Shown piece after piece: positions 36,665-46,089 of a stretch of 64,000 nt of DNA. This DNA comes from a virus, in the IMG/VR virus record IMGVR_UViG_3300009506_000001, positions 1 through 64,000 of that record; one strand, written 5' to 3'. Each line of letters starts with the position of its first letter. The first letter of the stretch is position 1. Made by a program: the position numbers and the translations under genes. The notes below the pieces were generated by a model that was given only the letters and a program-made list of their open reading frames with translations, made no database searches and was not told the origin of the DNA.

Positions 36665-38338
36665 TTACTTTGCTATATCATCTGATGGTGTTCGTGTTGA
36701 GCTTCCAAGGAACTCCTGTAAAACTGGTTTCGTCATATCAGATGCTGAACGCTTATCGGATTCCATGAATACCCATCTGCCCTTTGCAACTGAATACCTA
36801 AACAGCCGTGCTGGAATTGATGCATCGTAACCTGTGTAAGTTAAACGGTGCCAGTCACCGTCCGATGGACTTGCTGGCATTACATCGCCTTCTGTGTATG
36901 GCAAACCATTTGGTGGTAGACCATCCTGCACATATAATTGTTTTGGGTTTAGACCTATGTTACGCAATCCTTGAGCCGCACCTCTTTGCTGAGCCTCTGC
37001 TGCCTCCAACTGTGCTTCACTAAATTGGGTGACATCAGCCGGATCAACGCCTCTTTCGGGTAAATCATTTTGATCGGACGCTGTCTGTTCAACAGTCTGT
37101 GAAATATCCGAGTAATCCTGAAAGATAGGGTGTAGACCGTCGTCCATACCATGAGTCTGGTCGAAGTTCTGGAGGTAACCTGTACCGTCGTCATATCCTT
37201 CTAATCCACCAAATATGTCTGCTGTCTCTTCCGTTGCAAGCATTGGGGCAACAATGACACGTTGCAACAGTGGCTGCCAACCAGGCGTGTATCCATCCGT
37301 TGCCCATGCAATGTCAGTCACCTCCATATACTTCTTGATAGGCTCAAGAGTTGGTGTGTACTGTTGCTCACTTGGCATCTCTATGATATCACCAATAACC
37401 AAAGGACGACCAAGAACCTTAACCACAGCATTGAAGCTGACTGTCAAGTAAAATGTCTGCGATGGTAACTCAATACCAAATCGAGCCATATCAGATTGGA
37501 CATCCAACAAGTCATATGATGCTTTTATTTCAACACTTTGATCAGCATAATCACGATCTCGGTTCTCATGCCAGATCTTATCTTGGATGTCATCGATTGT
37601 TGTTAGGTCGTAATCAAACATCTCAAGGGCTTGTACAGCCCAAGGATCACTTGCACCACCATTAAATTCTACTGGACGCAACCTCCAGTACCGCATTGGA
37701 ACTGTGTTGTTGAATCGAATTGTATTCCAACAATCATCATCGGGAAGTGTTAGGAGAGCAGCACCATACCACTTAATCTTGTCCGCAGATCGTTCAAGCC
37801 GAATCTTTGTAGCTCGGTTAACAGCATTTGCCCCCTGTTTAATCTTGATCGATGCAACGTTATGCTTAATGGATGTATCAACACCATAACGAGCACGGCC
37901 ATTGTCAAGTCTTATTTCACCAAAGTCATAGCCGATGTATGCTGATACAGTAACACCAGATCCTTTTTGTGCAGATCGCCATTCCGTTGTGTACGTGGTG
38001 AATGCTTGTTCTTTTGGAAACCCTGTTTGATCACCACTTGAAATAGCGGATCCATTTTCTGTTAAGTCAACGAGACGACCCTGCTCATGTACACCAAGCA
38101 GCTTGAATACATTGATATCTGCACCACCAATCTGAAGGTTCTCCTCAACTACGTCATCTATGAAGCAGTTATCTCGGTTTTTAGACAACTCCCAAGGCTT
38201 ACAAGTAGCACCGTGGTTGGATGTTGGACAGCCATCACTAGTGCAGCTTCCTGTATCTTCCTCGGGTGTTGTTCCGATTAGATTTCCTTCGTCATCGTAT
38301 TCGGCTGAGCAGATTGAGTCGTTATCGCAATTTGCCAT
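36665..38338 (-). CDS. Neck protein (T4 gp14-like) with discoidin-like insertion
   Basis: ENRDRDY, MARFGI, GDIIEMP core; YIGYDFG...RYWRLRP insert; position between gp13 and gp15. Confidence 0.7.
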   Translation of the reverse strand: MANCDNDSICSAEYDDEGNLIGTTPEEDTGSCTSDGCPTSNHGATCKPWELSKNRDNCFIDDVVEENLQIGGADINVFKLLGVHEQGRLVDLTENGSAISSGDQTGFPKEQAFTTYTTEWRSAQKGSGVTVSAYIGYDFGEIRLDNGRARYGVDTSIKHNVASIKIKQGANAVNRATKIRLERSADKIKWYGAALLTLPDDDCWNTIRFNNTVPMRYWRLRPVEFNGGASDPWAVQALEMFDYDLTTIDDIQDKIWHENRDRDYADQSVEIKASYDLLDVQSDMARFGIELPSQTFYLTVSFNAVVKVLGRPLVIGDIIEMPSEQQYTPTLEPIKKYMEVTDIAWATDGYTPGWQPLLQRVIVAPMLATEETADIFGGLEGYDDGTGYLQNFDQTHGMDDGLHPIFQDYSDISQTVEQTASDQNDLPERGVDPADVTQFSEAQLEAAEAQQRGAAQGLRNIGLNPKQLYVQDGLPPNGLPYTEGDVMPASPSDGDWHRLTYTGYDASIPARLFRYSVAKGRWVFMESDKRSASDMTKPVLQEFLGSSTRTPSDDIAK

Positions 38339-38784
38339 TACATTACATCCGTATCACCGTCATAGTGCTCTTCGTGTTCCTCTGCATCTTTCTTTGTTTT
38401 ACGAACTGTATTCTTTAGGTGGTTAGGTGGTGAATAAATTGTGTAGACTTTTAGGTCTTCATCACCATCATTCACAAGGTTGTGCTCTGTGCCCTGTGGG
38501 ACAACGAAAGCAAACCCATCACTGATCTGCTCTTCCTTACCATTCAGGATGACTTTACCTTTACCTTTCTCCACTCTGATAAACTGATCAATTGCTTCGT
38601 GCACTTCCATTCCAATGTCACCACCTGGTGGAATGCTCATTACAACCACTTGTAGATTTCGTGCGGTAAACAGAACTCGACGATAGTCATCATTTTTGAT
38701 TGTATCTTTCTCGATATCGGTAACAAAGTGATCGTGCCCCTTCTCACCTTTGATTGCTTTTTCAAATAGGTCCCAGAGATGCAT
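38338..38784 (-). CDS. Cupin-2 domain protein
   Basis: GDIGMEVH..DQFIRVEKG, VVPQGTEHNLVN, YTIYSPPNH. Confidence 0.9.
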   Translation of the reverse strand: MHLWDLFEKAIKGEKGHDHFVTDIEKDTIKNDDYRRVLFTARNLQVVVMSIPPGGDIGMEVHEAIDQFIRVEKGKGKVILNGKEEQISDGFAFVVPQGTEHNLVNDGDEDLKVYTIYSPPNHLKNTVRKTKKDAEEHEEHYDGDTDVM

Positions 38785-39011
38785 TATTTTATCCTCTTTT
38801 CTAAGTCACGAAGTGCTTTTGACTTCTTCTTTTTCTTTTCTTTTTGCTCACACCAGTCACGGTCTTTGCAGAATTTGTTTGGTAAAGGGGCATTCACATC
38901 ACCATAGTGCTGCAACATTGATGCTGGAGTAGGACGGGAGGCATCCGGTCCCGATGCTGGAACACCTCCACCGCCCCAATCCTGTCCTTCTATAATCTCG
39001 TGCAGTTTCAT
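38784..39011 (-). CDS. Small basic protein, candidate internal head protein
   Basis: MKLHEIIE N-terminus; translationally coupled to neighbours. Confidence 0.6.
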   Translation of the reverse strand: MKLHEIIEGQDWGGGGVPASGPDASRPTPASMLQHYGDVNAPLPNKFCKDRDWCEQKEKKKKKSKALRDLEKRIK

Positions 39012-39012
39012 G

Positions 39013-42000
39013 TTAACCTATGATAAACTCGTTGTGCATGCCGTACTCTTCGACATTGTTTGTGACGTTGTCCATGATTTCCTGTAGCAACAGTTCTTGC
39101 TCATCCTTTGCTTCCTGTGCTAGATCAGAGGCATTCAAGGAAACACCACCACCTGCACCTGGCAACGAACCATACTTACCACGGATCTGTGCAAGCATCT
39201 TCTTGCATTCAGATACTGCCCATCTTTCAATCCAACGTCCCGTGAAGCGATCAGTTAGTAGCTCCTGCTCTGTTCTTTCTACTGCCACGTCCATTAAGAT
39301 TGTTTCACCTATTGAAAATCTCTGATGTAGTGTTAGTGCACGAGCTGCTTCATTCCAATGGAATCCTAAACGGGAAGCAAATAGATGTTCCATCTGTTCA
39401 ATGTATTCACTCACCAAATGGAAACTTAACAGATCAAACGTTCCCATGTTGTACAAGTGCTGAAGAACAACCTGACCAAATACACCTGAACCGTGTGCAC
39501 TTGACAAGAAAGCAGAAGTAACACGGAAGCAACCCATAACCTGAACAATCTTATCAAAGCCATACTGTCCATCAGGCAACGTGTAACCCTGTCCTTCATT
39601 ATCATCGTCTGCATCTGGTTTTGTTAGCTTATAGATTTGCTTGCCTGGCTCAATGTACAGCTTCATGAAACCACGATGATAACCAGAACCACTATGTCGA
39701 CGCAATTCCTTCAAAGCAATATCAATTGCCTTGTACATCTGGTTCTTTGTTAGCTCCACTTCTACAGTTGGATAGCCAAGCAAGAACAAAATCTCATTCA
39801 TCATCTCACGACGCTCATCCTGAGATCCATCTGTACCAATACCCTCCTGTTCGTAAGAAGGGATGCAAGATAGTCCATCTGTACCTGCCAATGGGCAGTG
39901 AATTGTTGGCTGTGGACTGAATGCAAACATCAATTCGTTTAGGTTTGGATCTTTCGATAGATCAACCAATGAATCATTACCGGTTGAACCAGTTGTGAAA
40001 ACAATCGTTGTGGATGATGCAATGGCTGCGGTTGCAATAGCAGAGGCCGCAACCCATGTTGTTCCATCCCATTCCTTCAAGGTATTTGTTGCCAAATCAA
40101 ACCACAAATCACCCGTATCTGGTGTCAATGGTGTCGTACTGAAGATAATGTTAACCCAGTTTGTACCATTCCACATCGACAGCGTAGAGTGTTGTGTATC
40201 ATACCAGAAGGTTCCTGCAGGGAGCGTTGCCTGTGAAGGATCATCTGGAGAATCCACTGGATTAAACTCTACCCATGCCCCTGCAACAAGCTCTGACCAT
40301 TCTCCTGTTGTTGGATTATACCATACCGTTCCATTTGCAACAGAGGTTGGATCAGTTGGAGATGAAATGAATGTAGCCTCTTGCCACTTTGTACCATCCC
40401 AAACATACATGAGCTCTGTTGCACTGCTGTACCAAACGACCCCTGCTGGGAGAGCAATATCAGCTGTTGGATCAAGCGTACTTTGTGTGAAACTTACAAC
40501 TGGTACCCATGCACCTGCAACTGAGTCCCAAACATTTAGTACGTCTGTGTCAGAGTTCCACCACGTATCACAAGACTCTATGTCAGTTGGATCTACACCA
40601 TAGACGATTGCACACTGAGAAACCCAAGCTGTATTTGCTCCATTACGTTGGAACACTTCACCATCATTGTTAACCCAATACTGATTAGCAGTTGGACTCG
40701 TAGGTTTTGCTCCAACCGTCAATAGCTCACCTATAACTGTTGATCCTGTAGAGCTGTAGTCGGCAAGCGATGTAAACAAGTTTCCACCAGCTGTGATTAC
40801 TGGCTCCGACTCATCTGCACTAATTAGTCGAACTGTTGTTGATGGCTGCGAACCAACAAAACCAATTGTTGCAAGTAAATTAAGTGGTGACTGATCGCCC
40901 AGCTGAGCATTAATAGCTGCGAATACTTTATCAAATCGACCATCGGTTGCATTGCAGACGTTTACAACAATGTTGAAAACCTCACCACCAACAGTAATTG
41001 TTTCGGTGTACTCACCAACTGCCAATGCCAAGTCACTTGCAGAGTGTCCTGCACCAAGTGTAAAGTCAATGTAACTTCTTCCGATTGGATTCCAGATTCC
41101 AACAACCGGTGTATCATATTGCCACAATAGGCTATTGATATCATCAAACCAATATGTACCAGCCGTTAATGCTGTTGGATCTTCGTTCCAGTATAAAGCT
41201 TCGATTTCTTCCCACGTGCAAGTGTCTTCGTTGTATTGGCGAAGGAGAAGGTCTGTAGGATTATACCAATAGTAACCACAGTTGGCTGTAACACCAACTG
41301 ATGGATCTGTTGTCTGGTCATATAGTGTATCTTCACACCATACGTTACCACACCAATGGAATGCTGCTGATGGGGATCCTGAACGGTACCAATAGTCGGT
41401 CCCACTCAAGTTTACTGTTAGTAGTGGATCCTTTGAGTATCGTAGAATCTGACTCTCAGGGATTACATCCCAAGAAGCACCATTCCACTGATATAGAATA
41501 TCATCGTCATTGTCATACCAGTAATTGCCAACTGCTAGTGCGGTTGGATCCGTAGGCTCATTAAGCACAGGGATTTCAGTGTGCTCATAGCCATCCCACT
41601 GATAGAGGACACCTGTTGTTGTATTATAATAGTAGGAGTTTGTATTAGGTGGTATAGTACTCTGTGGAGCCGTTGTAAGCTGTTCCAATTGAACATTAAT
41701 GGCATCAATAAGATCTGCATATGTCTGTGCATCGGAACCATTTACAATAATTGTGTACTCTGTGCCATCGATCTCCATTAACATGGAGTAGTCTCGACCA
41801 GCTGTCAATCCTGTTCCATCCGTTGGCTCAAAAGCAGTTGCCCATTCAACAGTAACTGTACCAGCTGTATCTGGTGTGCTCTGCAAACACTTGTCTAGGG
41901 AGTAGGCATATACACCTTCGCAGTGATAACGGTTTTCACAATCAACAGCATAAGCATTGACGAAATATGCAACACCTTCTTGCATGCCTGTGATATCAAG

Positions 42001-42354
42001 AGTCGTGGTAAAGGTTCCACCTGTACCTTTTTCAACGCATTCGTAGAAGGCACCAACCACCAGAGCTGTCCCAATAACATCTCCTACGTGCAGATCGCTG
42101 TCTGCTGTTGGATCGGCAGTATATTGCGTTCCATTCGTTGGACACGGCGTATCACGGTTTGCACCAACAGTATCGATTGTGATAACGATACCACCGTAAG
42201 CCTGATTTTCAGATGTACACCCTAATGCTGGAGGTGGAATGTTCCACGAAATACGACCAGTTGTAGCACTCGTACGATCGAGTGTTACTGTGATTTCACG
42301 GCCCTCTTGAATGATCAGGTTTGGTGCATCAGCAAAAGCGTCAAATGTTCCCAT
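39013..42354 (-). CDS. Neck protein (T4 gp13-like C-terminus) with a large Trp-rich repeat extension
   Basis: LLGYPTVEVEL, WIERWA..CKKMLAQIRGKYGSLPGAGGGVSLN at C-terminus; G.YWYD...WDG repeats. Confidence 0.8.
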   Translation of the reverse strand: MGTFDAFADAPNLIIQEGREITVTLDRTSATTGRISWNIPPPALGCTSENQAYGGIVITIDTVGANRDTPCPTNGTQYTADPTADSDLHVGDVIGTALVVGAFYECVEKGTGGTFTTTLDITGMQEGVAYFVNAYAVDCENRYHCEGVYAYSLDKCLQSTPDTAGTVTVEWATAFEPTDGTGLTAGRDYSMLMEIDGTEYTIIVNGSDAQTYADLIDAINVQLEQLTTAPQSTIPPNTNSYYYNTTTGVLYQWDGYEHTEIPVLNEPTDPTALAVGNYWYDNDDDILYQWNGASWDVIPESQILRYSKDPLLTVNLSGTDYWYRSGSPSAAFHWCGNVWCEDTLYDQTTDPSVGVTANCGYYWYNPTDLLLRQYNEDTCTWEEIEALYWNEDPTALTAGTYWFDDINSLLWQYDTPVVGIWNPIGRSYIDFTLGAGHSASDLALAVGEYTETITVGGEVFNIVVNVCNATDGRFDKVFAAINAQLGDQSPLNLLATIGFVGSQPSTTVRLISADESEPVITAGGNLFTSLADYSSTGSTVIGELLTVGAKPTSPTANQYWVNNDGEVFQRNGANTAWVSQCAIVYGVDPTDIESCDTWWNSDTDVLNVWDSVAGAWVPVVSFTQSTLDPTADIALPAGVVWYSSATELMYVWDGTKWQEATFISSPTDPTSVANGTVWYNPTTGEWSELVAGAWVEFNPVDSPDDPSQATLPAGTFWYDTQHSTLSMWNGTNWVNIIFSTTPLTPDTGDLWFDLATNTLKEWDGTTWVAASAIATAAIASSTTIVFTTGSTGNDSLVDLSKDPNLNELMFAFSPQPTIHCPLAGTDGLSCIPSYEQEGIGTDGSQDERREMMNEILFLLGYPTVEVELTKNQMYKAIDIALKELRRHSGSGYHRGFMKLYIEPGKQIYKLTKPDADDDNEGQGYTLPDGQYGFDKIVQVMGCFRVTSAFLSSAHGSGVFGQVVLQHLYNMGTFDLLSFHLVSEYIEQMEHLFASRLGFHWNEAARALTLHQRFSIGETILMDVAVERTEQELLTDRFTGRWIERWAVSECKKMLAQIRGKYGSLPGAGGGVSLNASDLAQEAKDEQELLLQEIMDNVTNNVEEYGMHNEFIIG

Positions 42355-42359
42355 AGATT

Positions 42360-42387
42360 ATACTCCTAGTATGCAGGAGTATTTATG
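42360..42387 (-). promoter_or_regulatory. Late promoter with SD-occluding hairpin
   Basis: CATAAATA (42380-87); ATACTCCT pairs with AGGAGTAT. Confidence 0.7.
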
Positions 42388-42412
42388 CGGAGTTATGAAA
42401 AGACTTGGGGTG

Positions 42413-42928
42413 TTACGCAGGGACTGCTTGTTTCATTTGGGCCAATAGCTTGTCCATCTGGTTGATGTAAGCCTTGAAGGTCTGGGGAGATACTTGGCCC
42501 TGTTGCTGCGGAGCCTCTTGACCCTGTTGTGGAGTTCCTGCGGTTTGTGCAGCCTGACGGGTCTGGCGAAGTGGTGTACTTTTTACTGCCGTCGCCAATG
42601 CTTGTTTGGCCTGTGGCATCATTTGAGCGAGAGGAGTTCTCCCAGCTTTCTTCAACTCATCGGGAGCGACAAGCCCCTTTGAGGCTAGAAACGTCTGGAG
42701 ATCTTTTGCGGTTACTTGCTTTGCACTTTTGCCTTGAGATCCAGCCCACTTGTTGAATTCAATATTGAGGTCCTTGATTTTACGTTCAGCATCGGCCTTT
42801 GCACCAAGGTTAGCTGCTGTTCCCTTCATGCCAGGAATTTTGCCTGCAACCTTTGCTAGACCACGATTGATAAATTCAACTTCGTCTAGCTGTTTGACTT
42901 CAGTATTGATTGATTGGAGCAGTTTCAT
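42413..42928 (-). CDS. Basic Gln/Ala-rich late protein, candidate internal head protein
   Basis: Start MKLLQS 5 nt after AATAAATA; QLDE possible cleavage site. Confidence 0.65.
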   Translation of the reverse strand: MKLLQSINTEVKQLDEVEFINRGLAKVAGKIPGMKGTAANLGAKADAERKIKDLNIEFNKWAGSQGKSAKQVTAKDLQTFLASKGLVAPDELKKAGRTPLAQMMPQAKQALATAVKSTPLRQTRQAAQTAGTPQQGQEAPQQQGQVSPQTFKAYINQMDKLLAQMKQAVPA

Positions 42929-43586
42929 CATCGTATTTATTGTGATGAAGATTTTCAACTGCTTTTTTGATAAGGAGAATTCGGTTCAGTTTCGGGATTG
43001 AGGTAGAACACAGGTTCTGTAAAGTCTTGCGAGCAACAAGGATTTTCGTGGCTTGCAACTCAACTGGTCCGGAGGCCACAAACATAGACATCTGTCCGAA
43101 AATATCTTCGGCATCAATTCCTACAGCTTCACTATCCAGTACTTTGAAAATTTCGGACGGACTGAACTTTCCGATTTCGTCTAAAACAGGGTGAATAACG
43201 AGCTTCATTACTCGACGGATCATTGGATGAACACTAATCTTCGTTGCACCAGACAGCTGGACGGATCGAGTGAAATGAGTGTAGAGGGCATCCTCTACTT
43301 CCTCAGCAATGTCGTTCCAGAAAGCAACAAACGTTGTGTCTTTACGACGCTTCTTACCGGTTCCAGTAACAACAGGAGCACCGTTGTCAACGACAATCGT
43401 TTCCGGTGTGAGGTGGTCCAGTAGGATCTCACGTGTCATGTCGATCGCTTCGATGATCTCAAAGGTGCTGAGAGTGTTTCGCAGATCTTCAACCGCAAGC
43501 GGTGTATTTGCCCGAACGAGCATTTTCATAGCAGGTTCGATCATGGGCAAAACATTCTCAGAAGTAAAACCGAGATCATTCGACAT
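42900..43586 (-). CDS. Hypothetical protein
   Basis: 228 aa; SD AAGG upstream. Confidence 0.65.
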   Translation of the reverse strand: MSNDLGFTSENVLPMIEPAMKMLVRANTPLAVEDLRNTLSTFEIIEAIDMTREILLDHLTPETIVVDNGAPVVTGTGKKRRKDTTFVAFWNDIAEEVEDALYTHFTRSVQLSGATKISVHPMIRRVMKLVIHPVLDEIGKFSPSEIFKVLDSEAVGIDAEDIFGQMSMFVASGPVELQATKILVARKTLQNLCSTSIPKLNRILLIKKAVENLHHNKYDDETAPINQY

Positions 43587-43606
43587 AGCTTGTTACCTTT
43601 GTAATG

Positions 43607-43951
43607 TTAGCAGAAATCAGGGTCGTAGTTTAGCTCTTCAAAAGCGTTCTTCGACAACCAACTTTTTAGTTTCTCACCTGTCCAATACACAGACATCTCC
43701 TCATCAGGGTTGATACTTTCGAGGATAACTGATACTGGCTCAGGGGTGTTGATGTCATCATAACGCCACTCAACAATAATCGATTGTTTTGGCTTGAGAG
43801 CAACTTCCTGACGCTCGTCACGAGATTCACCTACACGAATCTTACAGTACTTTTTGACTGTATATTTTGTGGAGGCGATAGGAGTTTCTTGGATGGCTTG
43901 ACGAAGCCTCTCCTTAGAGTCTAGGTAATCTCTGAAGGTCATTTTCTCCAT
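43607..43951 (-). CDS. Hypothetical late protein
   Basis: AATAAATA at 43958-65; MTFRDYLDSKE N-terminus. Confidence 0.7.
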   Translation of the reverse strand: MEKMTFRDYLDSKERLRQAIQETPIASTKYTVKKYCKIRVGESRDERQEVALKPKQSIIVEWRYDDINTPEPVSVILESINPDEEMSVYWTGEKLKSWLSKNAFEELNYDPDFC

Positions 43952-43978
43952 GACTAATATTTATTCGAATACTCCGTT

Positions 43979-44293
43979 TTACTCGCCAACTATTAACCAA
44001 AACACACGTTTACCAATCTTGAACTCCGTAAACTCGGGGCGAATTATGTTTCGCCACAAGTCTTGGTCAGGATCATTTTTGAACTTTTCGTTACCTTGCC
44101 GCTGTTTATTGATCTGTCTTACTTGACCAGTAGACTTAAAAAAGCCTACCTTAACCAACAAGGCAGGAAGGAAGATGTCACCTTTTTCGTTACGGACATC
44201 ATCCATATCGAACGTGATGGTCTCTTCCTTTTTGGAAACACCCAATAGCTCGAGGGCCACCAACGGTGAGCCGATAACGATATTGTCGATCAC
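43979..44293 (-). CDS. Stand-alone S4-like RNA-binding domain (resembles TyrRS C-terminus)
   Basis: LPALLVKVGFFKSTGQVRQ...FKIGKRVF. Confidence 0.55.
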   Translation of the reverse strand: MIDNIVIGSPLVALELLGVSKKEETITFDMDDVRNEKGDIFLPALLVKVGFFKSTGQVRQINKQRQGNEKFKNDPDQDLWRNIIRPEFTEFKIGKRVFWLIVGE

Positions 44294-44472
44294 TTTGCTT
44301 CACTCTCTTTTCTGGATGCTCGCCACGCTTCGTTGGCCCCAGATTGAGCACGGGCCGCACATTGACGAACGCCAATAATGTCACCTTCTTCAAGTGCGTT
44401 GAGGGCTGCCCACAGCTCGGATTCAATTTCCTTTTTCAGGTCATCAAGTTGGCTCACGTGGCCTCCAGGCAC
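44290..44472 (-). CDS. Small hypothetical protein
   Basis: GTGA overlap with the next gene; start uncertain. Confidence 0.5.
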   Translation of the reverse strand: MPGGHVSQLDDLKKEIESELWAALNALEEGDIIGVRQCAARAQSGANEAWRASRKESEAK

Positions 44473-44487
44473 TATTCAATGGAGTAT

Positions 44488-44516
44488 ACAGTACAGTGGA
44501 AAACCTGAAAAGTCAA
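44488..44516 (-). promoter_or_regulatory. Sigma70-type promoter just after the capsid terminator
   Basis: TTGACT-N17-TACTGT. Confidence 0.5.
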
Positions 44517-44524
44517 CAGGCAAT

Positions 44525-44552
44525 AAAAAAGGGCGTCCGAAGACGCCCTTTT
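44525..44552 (-). terminator. Rho-independent terminator after the major capsid gene
   Basis: aaagggcgtc-TTCG-gacgcccttt with U-tract on minus. Confidence 0.85.
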
Positions 44553-44579
44553 CTGCTTTACGACTAACGTCGCTACTAC

Positions 44580-46043
44580 TTAGGCAATATCAAGAGCCTG
44601 AACTGTGATCTTACCGTAGTAGTCACGGCTGTTACCCAACGATGTTGTTGGATCCGTGAAGCTGGTCTTACCATAACGAGTCATCAAGGAGACAACTGGC
44701 TGGAATGTGACTGGGTTAACAATCACGCCAGAGCTCATCAATGGGATGTATGGTGCGTAGAAGTAACCAGCATCCGTTTCACCGTTACCACCCTTGTAAC
44801 CAAGGAGGATTGTGTCGTTACCGTCGTTACGAGCGGCAGCAGTTGGATCAGAGAAAATACCATCTGCAGGTGAGTTAACACCTAGAACACCAGCCTGGTT
44901 CCATAGGTAGCTGTAGACCTTGATTGTGCCGTTAAGCGTACCAACTAGCATTGTGTTGTTAGGACCCTTGAAGGAACCGCTAACAGCTGGAGCAAAGACG
45001 GACTTAGCAGCAGACTGTAGAACGGAAACGACCATTGGGGAAGCAACCATGAAGTTAGCAGAACCACGACGTGTACGACGGCCAATCTCGTTAGCAACGA
45101 AGTTAACAAGAACACCTAGGTTAGCTAGGCGGTCACCGATGTAAGCTGGGGTGTAGTTACCAGCTGTACCGTATGCACCAGCACCAGCACCGTCAAATAC
45201 AGCTGTTGTACCAGCAAGAGCGATAAGATCACCAAGGATCTCGGAATCGATTTCCTGAACGATTTCAGCGGAAAGACCCTGAGTCATCTCGGACTCTAGA
45301 TCCAAACCGTGCTGTGCGTTCAAGTCCTGCATGGCCTCGATTGTCCAACCAGCCTGTAGCTTACGGCTACGAGCTTCAACTGCCTGGCTGACAACCTCTA
45401 GGCTCATCTTACGACCACCAGAACCTTCGATTGTGGAACCGGAACCACCAACCGTACAACCAGCTGTTGCGTCAAGGGTGGAACCCCAACCTTCACCAGT
45501 TGTTGTAGTAGCTGCGATATCAGCAACACCATCCTGCTCACCAAGACCGGAAGCACCAGCTGTCTGGGCATCGTCTGGAGCACCTAGTGGGGAAGCACTA
45601 GAAACAGCACCGGAATAGAAGCTACGTAGGTATGGGTTGAAACCAGCAACCGAAGTTGGGTTACCAAATGCTTCATCACCAGCTGTGATGCTCTGCTCGC
45701 CAACGGTAGTAGATGGGAAACGACCGTTATCGGTAGCAGCCTCACCATACTTGTAACGTAGGGAGTAAACTAGGCCAACTGGACCGGACATTGGCTGAAC
45801 ACCAACAAGCTCAGTAGCAATTGTACCTGGGATGACACGACGGATCATTGGGATAAGAATCTTACGGAAACCGGCGATGTCGTGTGCAGCTGTGGAACCA
45901 TGTGGCTGACCAGCTGCTGTTTCATGAAGAACGTAGTTCTTCTGGTTTTCTAGAAGAGGACCAACGACCTTGGCCTGTGCGGCATCAAGACCTTCCATCA
46001 AGGCTTCTTTGGTCTCACTCCAATTTTCAAACATTTCGTCCAT
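44580..46043 (-). CDS. Major capsid protein (T4 gp23-like)
   Basis: LIPMIRR, GVQPMSGPVGL, VEARSRKL, EAMQDL, EIDSEI, YAPYIPL, MTRYG. Confidence 0.96.
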   Translation of the reverse strand: MDEMFENWSETKEALMEGLDAAQAKVVGPLLENQKNYVLHETAAGQPHGSTAAHDIAGFRKILIPMIRRVIPGTIATELVGVQPMSGPVGLVYSLRYKYGEAATDNGRFPSTTVGEQSITAGDEAFGNPTSVAGFNPYLRSFYSGAVSSASPLGAPDDAQTAGASGLGEQDGVADIAATTTTGEGWGSTLDATAGCTVGGSGSTIEGSGGRKMSLEVVSQAVEARSRKLQAGWTIEAMQDLNAQHGLDLESEMTQGLSAEIVQEIDSEILGDLIALAGTTAVFDGAGAGAYGTAGNYTPAYIGDRLANLGVLVNFVANEIGRRTRRGSANFMVASPMVVSVLQSAAKSVFAPAVSGSFKGPNNTMLVGTLNGTIKVYSYLWNQAGVLGVNSPADGIFSDPTAAARNDGNDTILLGYKGGNGETDAGYFYAPYIPLMSSGVIVNPVTFQPVVSLMTRYGKTSFTDPTTSLGNSRDYYGKITVQALDIA

Positions 46044-46089
46044 TTTAATCTCCTTAGAGTTGAGTTTGTTTGTTAATACTTACTAGCGA

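Noticed and set aside
39995-40603. 202-aa plus-strand ORF and similar long antisense ORFs (30005, 50142, 52097)
   Set aside because: Explained by codon bias of the strong sense genes; no recognisable motifs
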